Shown piece after piece: positions 45,440 through 54,397 of a stretch of DNA of 64,000 bases. Source of the DNA: Chloroflexota bacterium (GTDB lineage: Bacteria; Chloroflexota; Dehalococcoidia; Dehalococcoidales; RBG-16-60-22); NCBI GenBank assembly GCA_018829775.1, contig JAHJTL010000097.1, forward strand, positions 15,658-79,657, read 5' to 3'. Below the pieces are notes generated by a model. The model did not search any database and was not told where the DNA came from. It saw only the letters and a program-made list of their open reading frames with translations. A program made the translations under genes and the position numbers. How positions within the stretch are numbered: the stretch's first letter is position 1; each line of letters starts with the position of its first letter.

Positions 45440-46156
45440 TTACTCTTCTGTTTTTTCTTCGGTCTCTTCTTCCGTCGGTGCTGTTTCCGGTTCTTCAGGA
45501 GCGAGCTCACCCTGAGCCTGGGTCGCTTCTGGCTCTGCTTCTTCTGCTTCGGGAACCTTTTCCTCTTCCGGTGGTTCTTCGGCCAGCTCGCCTTCCGGTG
45601 CCACTTCCGCCGCTTCTTCTGGAGGCGCCTCTTCTTCGGCCAGCGGCTCCGCTTCAGCTGGTTCCGTTACCTCAGATACAGCTTTCGCCGTTTCAGGAAG
45701 TGCCTCTTCCTGTTCGGCCAGCATTTCTTCTTCCGCCAGCTCTGCTGTCTCTGGTGCCTCCTCCTCTTCGGCCTCAGCGGCGAGCAGTTCCATTCGGGCC
45801 AGTTCTTTCTCCCGGTCCACCCGTCTTTCTTTGATGCGGGCTGCCTTACCGCTGCGTCCGCGCAGGTAATACAGTTTGGCCCGGCGTACCTTTCCGTGAC
45901 GTATTACTTCCACTCGCTCTACTCTCGGTGAGTACAGCGGGAACGTGCGCTCCACACCGACACCATAGGCGATACGTCTGACGGTAAAGGTGGCGCTTAC
46001 CCCGCCCCCTTGAAGCTTGATGACTACTCCTTGAAATGACTGGAGGCGTTCCTTACCGCCTTCAACTACTTTGGTGTAAACGCGTACCGTATCCCCAGAG
46101 GCGAGTTCGGGGATTCTGGGATTGCGTTTGACGTTTATCAACGAATCAACATTCAT
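45440..46156 (-). CDS. rplS: 50S ribosomal protein L19 with a roughly 120-aa Glu/Ala/Pro-rich C-terminal extension
   Basis: Canonical L19 core ([26 protein letters not shown]...[18 protein letters not shown]...RRAKLYYLR), then a continuous acidic low-complexity tail up to the stop codon. Confidence 0.9.
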   Translation of the reverse strand: MNVDSLINVKRNPRIPELASGDTVRVYTKVVEGGKERLQSFQGVVIKLQGGGVSATFTVRRIAYGVGVERTFPLYSPRVERVEVIRHGKVRRAKLYYLRGRSGKAARIKERRVDREKELARMELLAAEAEEEEAPETAELAEEEMLAEQEEALPETAKAVSEVTEPAEAEPLAEEEAPPEEAAEVAPEGELAEEPPEEEKVPEAEEAEPEATQAQGELAPEEPETAPTEEETEEKTEE

Positions 46157-46938
46157 TTCTCAGGCTCCTTGTTCAAACTGGATTTGGCTTTATTCGAAGC
46201 GGTGAATTGCTCCACCAACTGCTTTTCTTCCTGACCGAGTTTGGATTTGTCGATGAGGTCTGGCCGGCGTTCCACGGTGCGCCATAAAATCTGCTCCCGG
46301 CGCCATCGGGCAATCTGGGCATGGTTTCCGGAGAGCAGGACTTCTGGAACCGGCCAGCCCCGAAAATCAGCCGGTCGAGTGTACTGGGGATATTCCAGCA
46401 TTCCATTTACATGCGATTCTTCCTGCGCTGAATGTTCGGAACCGAGCACTCCCGGAAGCAATCGAATGACGGCGTCAATAACTACCAGCGCCGGCAGTTC
46501 GCCACCGGTCAGCACGTAATCACCGATGCTGATTTCATCGGTAACCAGGTGTTCTACCACGCGCTCGTCAATGCCCTCATAGTGGCCGCAGATCAGGATG
46601 AGATGGCTGTAGCTGGACAGTTCCGTCGCGATTTGCTGGTTGAAGAGACGTCCCTGAGGTGAGAGCAGGATAATAGGCGGTTCCGCAGCTTCAGATTCAT
46701 CAGAAATCTGGGCTTTTACCGCGGCCACCGCTTCGAAAACGGGCTCGGGTTTAAACACCATGCCGGGGCCGCCGCCATACGGGTAATCATCAACGGTATT
46801 GTGTTTATCATGGGTATAATCCCGAATGTTATGCACGTTTATATTGACCAGGTTCTGGTCAATGGCCCGCTTGAAGATGCCGAAACTGAACGGCACGCCA
46901 AACATCTGTGGAAATATGGTCAGCACATCAATACGCAT
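46153..46938 (-). CDS. trmD: tRNA (guanine37-N1)-methyltransferase
   Basis: [13 protein letters not shown] from ATG 46938; [43 protein letters not shown] overlap with rplS. Confidence 0.92.
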   Translation of the reverse strand: MRIDVLTIFPQMFGVPFSFGIFKRAIDQNLVNINVHNIRDYTHDKHNTVDDYPYGGGPGMVFKPEPVFEAVAAVKAQISDESEAAEPPIILLSPQGRLFNQQIATELSSYSHLILICGHYEGIDERVVEHLVTDEISIGDYVLTGGELPALVVIDAVIRLLPGVLGSEHSAQEESHVNGMLEYPQYTRPADFRGWPVPEVLLSGNHAQIARWRREQILWRTVERRPDLIDKSKLGQEEKQLVEQFTASNKAKSSLNKEPEK

Positions 46939-46957
46939 CGAAAATCCCTGCCACCTA

Positions 46958-47443
46958 CTAAGAATGTTCGGTGACCACCCCTTTAATAATATCGACGGCA
47001 TGCGGTATTGCTGGCAGCACTACCTCGAGGCATTCCCTGACCGCCTTGGGGCTCCCGGGCAGATTGATTATCAAGCTCCTGCCCCGAATCCCTGCCGTTG
47101 CCCGGCTCAACATCGCCATCGGTGTTTTACTCAGCGATACAGCCCTCATAGCTTCCGCGAAACCGGGGACAACCCGGTCTACAACGGTGAGGGTAGCTTC
47201 AGGAGTAACATCACGCTCGCCAAGCCCGGTACCGCCGGTGGTGATGATGACATCCGTCTCATTACTGTCCGCCCATTCCACCAGCTTCTGGCGGATAACA
47301 TCCACCTCATCAGGGACAATCTCGTAGTGAACGATATCGCTGTCCAGGTCAGAGAAGAAATCCCTGATGACCTGGCCGCTTTCATCATAGCGCTGGCCAA
47401 GGGCTCCTTTATCACTGATGGTTAGTATGCCGACAGTAAACAT
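46958..47443 (-). CDS. mog: Molybdopterin adenylyltransferase MogA/MoaB family
   Basis: [39 protein letters not shown]. The start is either ATG 47443 or 47461. Confidence 0.85.
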   Translation of the reverse strand: MFTVGILTISDKGALGQRYDESGQVIRDFFSDLDSDIVHYEIVPDEVDVIRQKLVEWADSNETDVIITTGGTGLGERDVTPEATLTVVDRVVPGFAEAMRAVSLSKTPMAMLSRATAGIRGRSLIINLPGSPKAVRECLEVVLPAIPHAVDIIKGVVTEHS

Positions 47444-47541
47444 TGTTGAGAACCAAAACAAATTTCATTTTACCACAGATGAAGCGGATAACCAAACGGG
47501 AAAAATTTTATGGAAAATTCAGTAAATTAAGTCCAAAAAGC

Positions 47542-47570
47542 TTGACAAACGTACGCTCCCGTGTTATAAA
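47542..47570 (+). promoter_or_regulatory. Candidate sigma-70 promoter of the mraZ operon (TTGACA-17-TATAAA)
   Basis: TTGACA 47542-47547, 17-nt spacer, TATAAA 47565-47570. A second TATAAT lies at 47579-47584. Confidence 0.6.
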
Positions 47571-47592
47571 GAGTGTTATATAATGGTAAAAA

Positions 47593-47618
47593 GTGGGGAA
47601 CAGTGGTAAATGGTGGGG
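47593..47618 (+). promoter_or_regulatory. Three direct GTGG(G/T) repeats at 10-bp phasing; candidate MraZ operator
   Basis: GTGGGG 47593-47598, GTGGTA 47603-47608, GTGGGG 47613-47618, between the promoter and mraZ ATG 47643. This matches the known MraZ-box architecture of phased TGGG-type direct repeats. Confidence 0.6.
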
Positions 47619-47642
47619 TTATTTGCTAGCTGAGGACTGTCG

Positions 47643-48080
47643 ATGTTTTACGGTGAGTACAATTACAAGATAGATGAAAAAGGCAGGGTAGCCATACCGC
47701 CGCGGTTCCGCAGGGAACTGAAGGACGGAGTAGTCCTGTCTCCGGGAGCGGAAAAGTGCATCAACATGTACCCGCTGTCGGAGTGGCGCAAGCTGGCTAC
47801 CTCCCTTACCAGCAGCCCGCTGACACCCAATAAAATGAGAAGGCTCAAGCGGGCCATATTTTCTACTGCTTTCAACGTTGCCATTGATGGGCAGGGTAGG
47901 GTAGCCCTGCCAATACCACTGCGAGAGCACGCTGAGATTCAGGAAGACGTCGTCGTTACCGGAGCCAATGACTACCTGGAGATCTGGAATCAGGTTCTCT
48001 GGGAAGAAGAGAAAGCGATCAGCCAGGAACAGGCCTGGCAGATTATAGAAAGTCTGGAGCGACGTGATGAGTCCAAGTAA
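47643..48080 (+). CDS. mraZ: Transcriptional regulator MraZ
   Basis: Duplicated DxxxR SpoVT/AbrB-like motif ([14 protein letters not shown] and [14 protein letters not shown]). Confidence 0.95.
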   Translation: MFYGEYNYKIDEKGRVAIPPRFRRELKDGVVLSPGAEKCINMYPLSEWRKLATSLTSSPLTPNKMRRLKRAIFSTAFNVAIDGQGRVALPIPLREHAEIQEDVVVTGANDYLEIWNQVLWEEEKAISQEQAWQIIESLERRDESK

Positions 48081-49119
48081 GCAGAGTTCAAATCATGTCC
48101 CGGTTATGCTTGAGGAGGCAATGGAGGCGCTGGCGGTCCAGGCCGGGGGCCGCTATGTCGATTGCACGGTTGGTAGCGGTGGACATGCTCGGGCCATACT
48201 GGAACGCAGTTACCCCGGAGGTCAGCTGCTCGGTATCGATGCTGACCCCGAAGCGATTAAGATAGCCCAGAAAAAGCTTGAGGCACATCGGAATTCTCTC
48301 CTTCTCGTCAATGACAACTTCGTCAATCTGCAGGTAACCTGCATTAAATATGATTTTTTCCCGGTGCACGGCATCTTATTTGACCTCGGCCTTTCTTCAA
48401 TGCAGCTAAATGGAAGTGGACGCGGCTTTAGTTTTCAACACGATGCCCATCTTGATATGCGTTTTAACCCCGAGCAGGAAGTAACTGCCGCTGATATCGT
48501 CAATACTTCACCGGAAGCGGAACTGGCACGTCTTATCCGTAACTACGGTGAAGAAGGCTATAGTCGCCAGATAGCGCGCCTTATTGTGCGCGAACGCCCC
48601 ATCACCTCAACTCTTCATCTGGCCCGCATCGTAGAGAAGGCAGTCGGCCGGAGAACGGGCAGAATCCATCCTGCCACCAAGACATTTCAGGCACTTCGGA
48701 TTGCCGTGAACCTGGAGCTGGAAAACCTGGAGGTAGCGCTGAAACAGGCGGTGGAACTCCTCGGCTTTGACGGCAGGCTCGTGGTGATAAGCTACCATTC
48801 TTTGGAAGACCGCATCGTGAAACGTTTCATGCAGCGGGAGGCCAGGGGGTGTATCTGTCCTCCCGGTACGCCGGTCTGTATCTGCGGACATAAACCTCGC
48901 CTGAAACTCATTCGCAGACATGTGATTACGCCTTCCGAGAATGAGGTACAGGCTAATCCACGCAGTCGCAGCGCCAAACTGAGAGCGGCGTGCTCGATAG
49001 CGCAGGACGATTGCTTTGCCACAGATGAGATGGAAATTCTCTGGGCGGAGACCAAAGCCAGGGCCTGGAGAAGGCCGGCACTGTTACGCAAACTGCAGAT
49101 GGTATTTGCCATGGCCTGA
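48064..49119 (+). CDS. rsmH: 16S rRNA (cytosine1402-N4)-methyltransferase RsmH with a C-terminal extension
   Basis: [61 protein letters not shown]. About 40 extra residues follow the usual end. Confidence 0.93.
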   Translation: MMSPSKQSSNHVPVMLEEAMEALAVQAGGRYVDCTVGSGGHARAILERSYPGGQLLGIDADPEAIKIAQKKLEAHRNSLLLVNDNFVNLQVTCIKYDFFPVHGILFDLGLSSMQLNGSGRGFSFQHDAHLDMRFNPEQEVTAADIVNTSPEAELARLIRNYGEEGYSRQIARLIVRERPITSTLHLARIVEKAVGRRTGRIHPATKTFQALRIAVNLELENLEVALKQAVELLGFDGRLVVISYHSLEDRIVKRFMQREARGCICPPGTPVCICGHKPRLKLIRRHVITPSENEVQANPRSRSAKLRAACSIAQDDCFATDEMEILWAETKARAWRRPALLRKLQMVFAMA

Positions 49120-49175
49120 ATTGGCCAGGGATAGAAATAACACTCGAAGGTGCAGCATCTAGAGAGGGAAAAAAC

Positions 49176-49391
49176 ATGGAACAGGTACAACAAGATAAAT
49201 GGGAGGCTGGTGGAGCTGGAATAAGCACCGCTCTTGCTGACCTGAAGCTGAAAATAGCCGAACACCTGATCAATGAGGCTGATAATTACCGACCGGACGA
49301 AGTTTACAGCATTATGGCGGAAACCAAGGTTGGGGCAAGGAAAAGAACTTACATCGTGGAGAAGCTGAGGATGGTCTTTTCCGTATCCTGA
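49176..49391 (+). CDS. Hypothetical 71-aa soluble protein at the position normally occupied by ftsL
   Basis: ORF after GAGAGGGA. It has no TM helix and no recognisable motif. Confidence 0.4.
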   Translation: MEQVQQDKWEAGGAGISTALADLKLKIAEHLINEADNYRPDEVYSIMAETKVGARKRTYIVEKLRMVFSVS

Positions 49392-49488
49392 TACCGCCAG
49401 ATAAATTTATGACAATGGCCAGGGAGGTTCTGGAAATGTGAACAATAACAGAGCTTTAATAAGTAAAACTAATGAGAAGGAGGGCTAG

Positions 49489-50703
49489 ATGAAAAATCGA
49501 ACCGTAGCGGCAATTGATGTTGGTACCACCAAGGTATGCACGGTTGTTGCTGACCTTAATGAAGCCGGTAGGCCGCGCATCGTCGGTGTTGGTATCGCCC
49601 CATCAGTCGGTCTGCATAAAGGTCTGGTAGTCAACATCAATGAAGCCAGAGAGTCAATCAAAGAATCAGTAAGGAAAGCGGAACAGTCAAGCAACTACAG
49701 AGTTGAATCAGCCTATGTCGGCGTGACTGGGCGCCATGTTACCTCGCTGAACAACCGCGGTGTGGTGGCGATAACGCGGAACGACCGCGTGGTGCGCACC
49801 GATGACCTGAGGCGTGTCCTCTCTTCGGCACAGAGCGTCAAAATCCCCAGTGACCGAAAACTCCTCCATGTTATTCCGAGGGCATATGCCGTTGATGGTC
49901 AGGCTCACGTCAAGAACCCGATCGGCATGCATGGCTTCAGGCTTGATGTGGAGACCCACGTCATCACCGCTGCCGTAACCTCAGTACAGAACCTGGTCAA
50001 GTGCATTCGCAGCATCGGCATTGATATTGAGGACCTCGTTCTGGAGCCTCTTGCCAGCAGCGAGGCAGTACTGACTCCGGATGAGAAGGAAGTCGGCGTT
50101 ATTCTGGCTGACATCGGCGGCGGGACAACTGATATCGCTGTCTTCAAGGAAGGCAGCATCTGGCATACCTCGATATTACCTGTCGCCGGCTATCAGCTTA
50201 CCAGAGATATATCCATTGGTCTGGGTCTGCCATTTGACGTGGCCGAGGAGATGAAGAAGCGATACGGCAGTGTGATGCCCGTCTATGAAAGCAAGACCGA
50301 GGACACCACGGCGATATCCCAGGATGGACACGGCGTCTCATATCAGGACCTGTGCGACATCATCCGCGCCCGCATTGAAGAAATTATGAAGCTCATTCTG
50401 CTTGAACTGCCCAACTCAGAATACGAAACGCTGGTTCCGGCAGGGCTGGTACTCACCGGTGGTAGCGCCAATCTGGCAGGCATTGCTGCGCTGGGGCGTG
50501 AGGTATTGCAACTTCCGGTCAGGGTGGGTACTCCATCCAATATGGAAGGAATCTCCGATGCTCTCTGCGACCCGGCATACGCGACAAGCGTTGGCCTGCT
50601 GGCCTGGGGCGTTAATCATGAGCGCAACCAGAGCTGGACACGCTGGAGCTTTGGCTCGGCGGTCCGACGCCTCGCTTTCCGGCTGAAGAAACTCTTCGGC
50701 TAG
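49489..50703 (+). CDS. ftsA: Cell division protein FtsA
   Basis: AAIDVGTTKVC, actin-fold phosphate/adenosine motifs (LADIGGGTTDIAVF, VLTGGSANLAGI). SD AAGGAGGG. Confidence 0.93.
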   Translation: MKNRTVAAIDVGTTKVCTVVADLNEAGRPRIVGVGIAPSVGLHKGLVVNINEARESIKESVRKAEQSSNYRVESAYVGVTGRHVTSLNNRGVVAITRNDRVVRTDDLRRVLSSAQSVKIPSDRKLLHVIPRAYAVDGQAHVKNPIGMHGFRLDVETHVITAAVTSVQNLVKCIRSIGIDIEDLVLEPLASSEAVLTPDEKEVGVILADIGGGTTDIAVFKEGSIWHTSILPVAGYQLTRDISIGLGLPFDVAEEMKKRYGSVMPVYESKTEDTTAISQDGHGVSYQDLCDIIRARIEEIMKLILLELPNSEYETLVPAGLVLTGGSANLAGIAALGREVLQLPVRVGTPSNMEGISDALCDPAYATSVGLLAWGVNHERNQSWTRWSFGSAVRRLAFRLKKLFG

Positions 50704-50751
50704 CAATCAGGTTAATAACGTTATTTAGATTAATGTAAAAAGGAGGGGGAA

Positions 50752-51909
50752 ATGGCAAAGTCAAGTTTTGTGGCGAATCCGGCCAAAATCAAAGTTATTG
50801 GCTTGGGTGGTGGCGGCTGCAACGCGATAACCCGCATGGTCAGGGAAGAAATCCAGGGCGTGGAATTCATTGCCATGAATACCGATGCCCAGGCCTTGGC
50901 GGTTACTGAAGCTCCCATAAGAGTTCAGCTTGGCGAGAAACTGACCAGAGGGCTAGGCGTTGGCGGCGACCATAACCTGGGCCAGAAAGCTGCTGAAGAG
51001 AGTCGTGAGGAGCTTAGTGAGATTGTCAGCGGTGCGGATATGGTGTTCATTACCAGTGGTATGGGTGGCGGCACCGGCACCGGGGCAGCGCCCGTCGTGG
51101 CAGATATAGCCAAACAAAGTGGCGCCCTGACCATTGCCGTGGTCACCAAGCCGTTCGGCTTTGAAGGCGTCCACCGCACGCAGGTAGCCAATGAGGGCAT
51201 TACCAGGCTGCTCGGCAGAGTTGATACCCTGATAATCATTCCAAACGATAAACTGCTATCACTCTGCGACCAGAAAACGGGCGTGGATAGCGCCTTCAAG
51301 CTGGCCGACGACGTTCTCAGGCACGGTGTTCAGGCTATCGCTGAAGTTATCACCACTCCCGGGCTGATCAACCTGGACTTCGCCGATGTGAAGTCCATCA
51401 TGAAGGACGCTGGGCCGGCCTGGATGTCAATTGGCCGGGGCTCAGGTCAGAATCGTGCTGTGGAGGCTGCCAAGCAGGCTTTGAATAGCCCGTTGCTGGA
51501 TGTCACCATCAATGGCTCGAAAGCGGTTCTCTTCAACGTGGTCGGTGGCACCAGTCTCACCCTGTTCGAGGTGAACGAAGCGGCTGACGTTATCCGGCAG
51601 GCGGTGGACCCTGAGGCCAATATCATTTTCGGTGTCGCCCACGATGCGGAAATGGAGAATGACGTCCGGATTACTCTGATAGCCACCGGGTTTGTGGCCA
51701 AGCTCGGGCTGACCGGAGCGGGCCAGGATGATGAACTGACTCAGCTTCTCAAAGGTATCAAGAGCGAGGATGAGCTGGATGTTCCATCGTTCCTGCGCCG
51801 TCCCATGATCAGCCACAGACGTCAGGCAATAACACCAGCCATGAAACCATTGCAGCCGCCGTTGATGACTCCGGCATCTAAATCAACAGATAAGCAGCTT
51901 TGGAAATAG
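50752..51909 (+). CDS. ftsZ: Cell division protein FtsZ
   Basis: IKVIGLGGGGCNA, tubulin signature GGGTGTGAAPV, NDKLL, NLDFADV, C-terminal DVPSFLRR peptide. Confidence 0.97.
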   Translation: MAKSSFVANPAKIKVIGLGGGGCNAITRMVREEIQGVEFIAMNTDAQALAVTEAPIRVQLGEKLTRGLGVGGDHNLGQKAAEESREELSEIVSGADMVFITSGMGGGTGTGAAPVVADIAKQSGALTIAVVTKPFGFEGVHRTQVANEGITRLLGRVDTLIIIPNDKLLSLCDQKTGVDSAFKLADDVLRHGVQAIAEVITTPGLINLDFADVKSIMKDAGPAWMSIGRGSGQNRAVEAAKQALNSPLLDVTINGSKAVLFNVVGGTSLTLFEVNEAADVIRQAVDPEANIIFGVAHDAEMENDVRITLIATGFVAKLGLTGAGQDDELTQLLKGIKSEDELDVPSFLRRPMISHRRQAITPAMKPLQPPLMTPASKSTDKQLWK

Positions 51910-51936
51910 GCATTATCCGGCAACAACAAAGACGGT

Positions 51937-52188
51937 GTGAGGGGCCCAGCTGTAGTTGAAGCGGAGAGCGGGCGTGTGATACATTATAGACAGGAGCAAA
52001 AGGGCGTGGCTTCAAACGGAGTTGCAGGTTACCTCATTGGAAAAGGCAAGAACCGCAACGGCAATGGGCTCAGGTTTGCTTACTGTCCCTACTGCAATAA
52101 AAAGGGGCTGTATAAAGTGGCCCGCAGGTATGAGCGTTGCCGGTGTTGCGGCTTGCACCGGGTGCTATTGCCAGGGCAGGACTTCTGA
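51937..52188 (+). CDS. Hypothetical small Zn-ribbon protein
   Basis: CPYC-x15-CRCC. The start is ambiguous: GTG 51937, GTG 51976 after GGAGAG, or a later GTG after AGGAG. Confidence 0.35.
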   Translation: MRGPAVVEAESGRVIHYRQEQKGVASNGVAGYLIGKGKNRNGNGLRFAYCPYCNKKGLYKVARRYERCRCCGLHRVLLPGQDF

Positions 52189-52342
52189 TTATCTGAATCT
52201 CTGGGAATAGGACTGTTTACCGGCTAGAAACCAAATGGTCGCGACTGTGTTTTTATTGACAATTATTCCCACAATATTTATCCTAATAATGTGACGCTGT
52301 TCATTCAATGCGCGTTGAATCCGTAGTTATATAGTATTTGGC

Positions 52343-52897
52343 ATGAGAGTCATTGCCGGTAAAGCAAAAGGGCACCAGCTGAAAGCCCCCAGAGGAACCG
52401 TTACCCGTCCCGCGACCGATTTGGTCAAGGGGGCCATTTTTTCCATTCTGGAGAATATGGCTGATGATTGGTCACAGGTGCTCGACCTTTTTTCCGGCAG
52501 CGGACAACTCGGGGTAGAAGCATTGAGTCGTGGGGCGGGCTGGGTTGACTTTGTTGAACGGGCACCGCAGTGTTGTGCTATAATAAAACAAAATCTGGAA
52601 AAGACGGGTTTTTCTAATCAAGCGCATGTTTATTGCTGCAGCGTCGCCAAAGCACTTTCCTTTTTGGACAAGGAGTACGATATAATCCTGATGGACTCTC
52701 CTTATTCTAATGCGTCAATTGGAGACCTGATAACTCAGTTAGCCGAATCCAGGCTGGTCGGCTATAGCTCGATAGTCATGGCGACGCATTCATCTCTGCT
52801 TCCATTTAATTCCACGTATGGTGCTCTGAACATGGTTAAGGAGCATCGCCATGGCGATAGCTGTATTGCTGTGCTCCGCAAGGGAGGTACATTGTGA
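52343..52897 (+). CDS. rsmD: 16S rRNA (guanine966-N2)-methyltransferase RsmD
   Basis: MRVIAGKAKG, TRPATDLVKGAIFSIL, LDLFSGSGQLGVEALSRGA, ILMDSPY. Confidence 0.9.
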   Translation: MRVIAGKAKGHQLKAPRGTVTRPATDLVKGAIFSILENMADDWSQVLDLFSGSGQLGVEALSRGAGWVDFVERAPQCCAIIKQNLEKTGFSNQAHVYCCSVAKALSFLDKEYDIILMDSPYSNASIGDLITQLAESRLVGYSSIVMATHSSLLPFNSTYGALNMVKEHRHGDSCIAVLRKGGTL

Positions 52898-53379
52898 CTG
52901 TAGCTGTTTACCCGGGGACCTTTGACCCGATTACCAACGGCCACCTTGATATCGTGCAGCGGGCGGTCAAGTTATTTGACAGGGTAATAATCGGGGTGTA
53001 CGAAAAATCAAACAAGCACCTCGTCTTCACCATCGACGAACGCGTGGAGTTGACCAGACGGGCGGTAGCCGGTATATCGAACGTTGAGGTAAAAGTATTC
53101 AGTGGGTTGACGGTTGATTTTGTCAGAGGAGAAAAAGCTCAGGTCATGATACGTGGCCTGAGGATGAATGCTGATTTTGAAAAAGAATTTGAGATGGCAA
53201 TGATGAACCGTAAACTGGCTCCGGACCTGGACCTGCTCTGCCTGATGGCAAGCCAAGAGTATCAGTTTCTCAGTTCCAGCTTGCTGAAGGAAGTAGCGCG
53301 GCTGAATGGTAATGTCAGTGACCTGGTACCGGAGCATGTGGCGGAAGCTTTACGAAAGAAAGTTCACAATACAGTATAA
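52894..53379 (+). CDS. coaD: Phosphopantetheine adenylyltransferase
   Basis: [20 protein letters not shown]...[13 protein letters not shown]. Overlaps rsmD by 4 nt. Confidence 0.95.
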   Translation: MTVAVYPGTFDPITNGHLDIVQRAVKLFDRVIIGVYEKSNKHLVFTIDERVELTRRAVAGISNVEVKVFSGLTVDFVRGEKAQVMIRGLRMNADFEKEFEMAMMNRKLAPDLDLLCLMASQEYQFLSSSLLKEVARLNGNVSDLVPEHVAEALRKKVHNTV

Positions 53380-53447
53380 TCGATGAATTGGATATCCAGT
53401 GCTTTTTACCCAAATGCGCCCTTTTAAGTAGAAAAGGAGGTAAATGC

Positions 53448-53714
53448 ATGGCGTACAAGATTACGGAGGAGTGCATAAGTTGTGGGGCGTGCGAGCCGGA
53501 GTGCCCGAACGAGGCAATAACCGAAGGAGAGACAATCTACGTTATTGACCCCAGCAAATGCACCGAATGTGTTGGCTCTTATGATTCCTCACGATGCGCT
53601 GAAGTGTGCCCGGTTGATTCCTGCGTGGCTGATCCGGATCATAAGGAAAGCCGCGAGCAGCTTCTGGAAAAGTGGAAGAAGCTGCATCCGGGAGAAACGC
53701 CGTCAGTTACTTAG
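53448..53714 (+). CDS. 2x[4Fe-4S] ferredoxin
   Basis: ATG 53448 after AAAGGAGG: [24 protein letters not shown] ... [22 protein letters not shown]. Confidence 0.9.
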   Translation: MAYKITEECISCGACEPECPNEAITEGETIYVIDPSKCTECVGSYDSSRCAEVCPVDSCVADPDHKESREQLLEKWKKLHPGETPSVT

Positions 53715-53759
53715 TGTAACTAGACTTACAATCCCATACCTGCAATTTAATAGAATAGG

Positions 53760-53801
53760 TGGGGGCTACGGTTGTGTTAATTCAATATCGCGTAGCCCCC
53801 A
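53760..53801. terminator. 11-bp perfect hairpin between convergent genes
   Basis: TGGGGGCTACG (53760-53770) pairs with CGTAGCCCCCA (53791-53801) across a 20-nt loop. It lies between the ferredoxin (+) and cvpA (-). There is no strong U-tract on either side. Confidence 0.4.
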
Positions 53802-53839
53802 TATCTAAATCTCTTGCCTCAGAGATTAATAGCTATTTC

Positions 53840-54328
53840 TTATTGAAAGAACGAACGCACCGAGTCGAATTCCTCGGGCAGTAGCGCCAGCACCATAGGG
53901 AAGCGGTCCAGCAGAAAGGTAGCCAGGGCTGATTCCGCAATCGGTTCGGATATGCCCAGGAATTTGGTCCAGATAGCCAGCAGGGCACTGCAGAATATGG
54001 CCCCCATTATCAGGCCGAGGAGTGCCCCACCAAGTCGATTTACCCAGCCAAGCAGTATGATGGAGGCAAACCATTTCAAAACGCCGGCGATTATGCTGGC
54101 GATTAATATCACAGCGATGAGTATTATGGCAAAGGCAGCTACCCGGGCCACTGTTTCCTGAGGGATGAAGGTGAGTCTATCAGCCAGGGCAACGTAAAAA
54201 CGTCCGGCCAGAATAACGCCAACGATCACTCCGACGAGCGTCAGCACCGCCTTAATGATGCCGATTCTCAGGCCAATGAAGGCGGTGATACCGATTACAA
54301 CGATGATGGCGATGTCAAGCCAGCTCAT
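53840..54328 (-). CDS. cvpA: CvpA-family membrane protein
   Basis: MSWLDIAIIVVIG N-terminus, four TM helices, typical CvpA size. Confidence 0.8.
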   Translation of the reverse strand: MSWLDIAIIVVIGITAFIGLRIGIIKAVLTLVGVIVGVILAGRFYVALADRLTFIPQETVARVAAFAIILIAVILIASIIAGVLKWFASIILLGWVNRLGGALLGLIMGAIFCSALLAIWTKFLGISEPIAESALATFLLDRFPMVLALLPEEFDSVRSFFQ

Positions 54329-54397
54329 GGTTTATCAAACCTTTAACGTTACCGTTTAAATCCTTATATCCTGATTAATATTATACCAATATTATTA

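Noticed and set aside
45400-45931. Two plus-strand ORFs (144 and 167 aa) rich in Leu/Pro/Phe/Arg
   Set aside because: They are the antisense read-out of the low-complexity acidic tail of rplS, so they are a compositional artefact.
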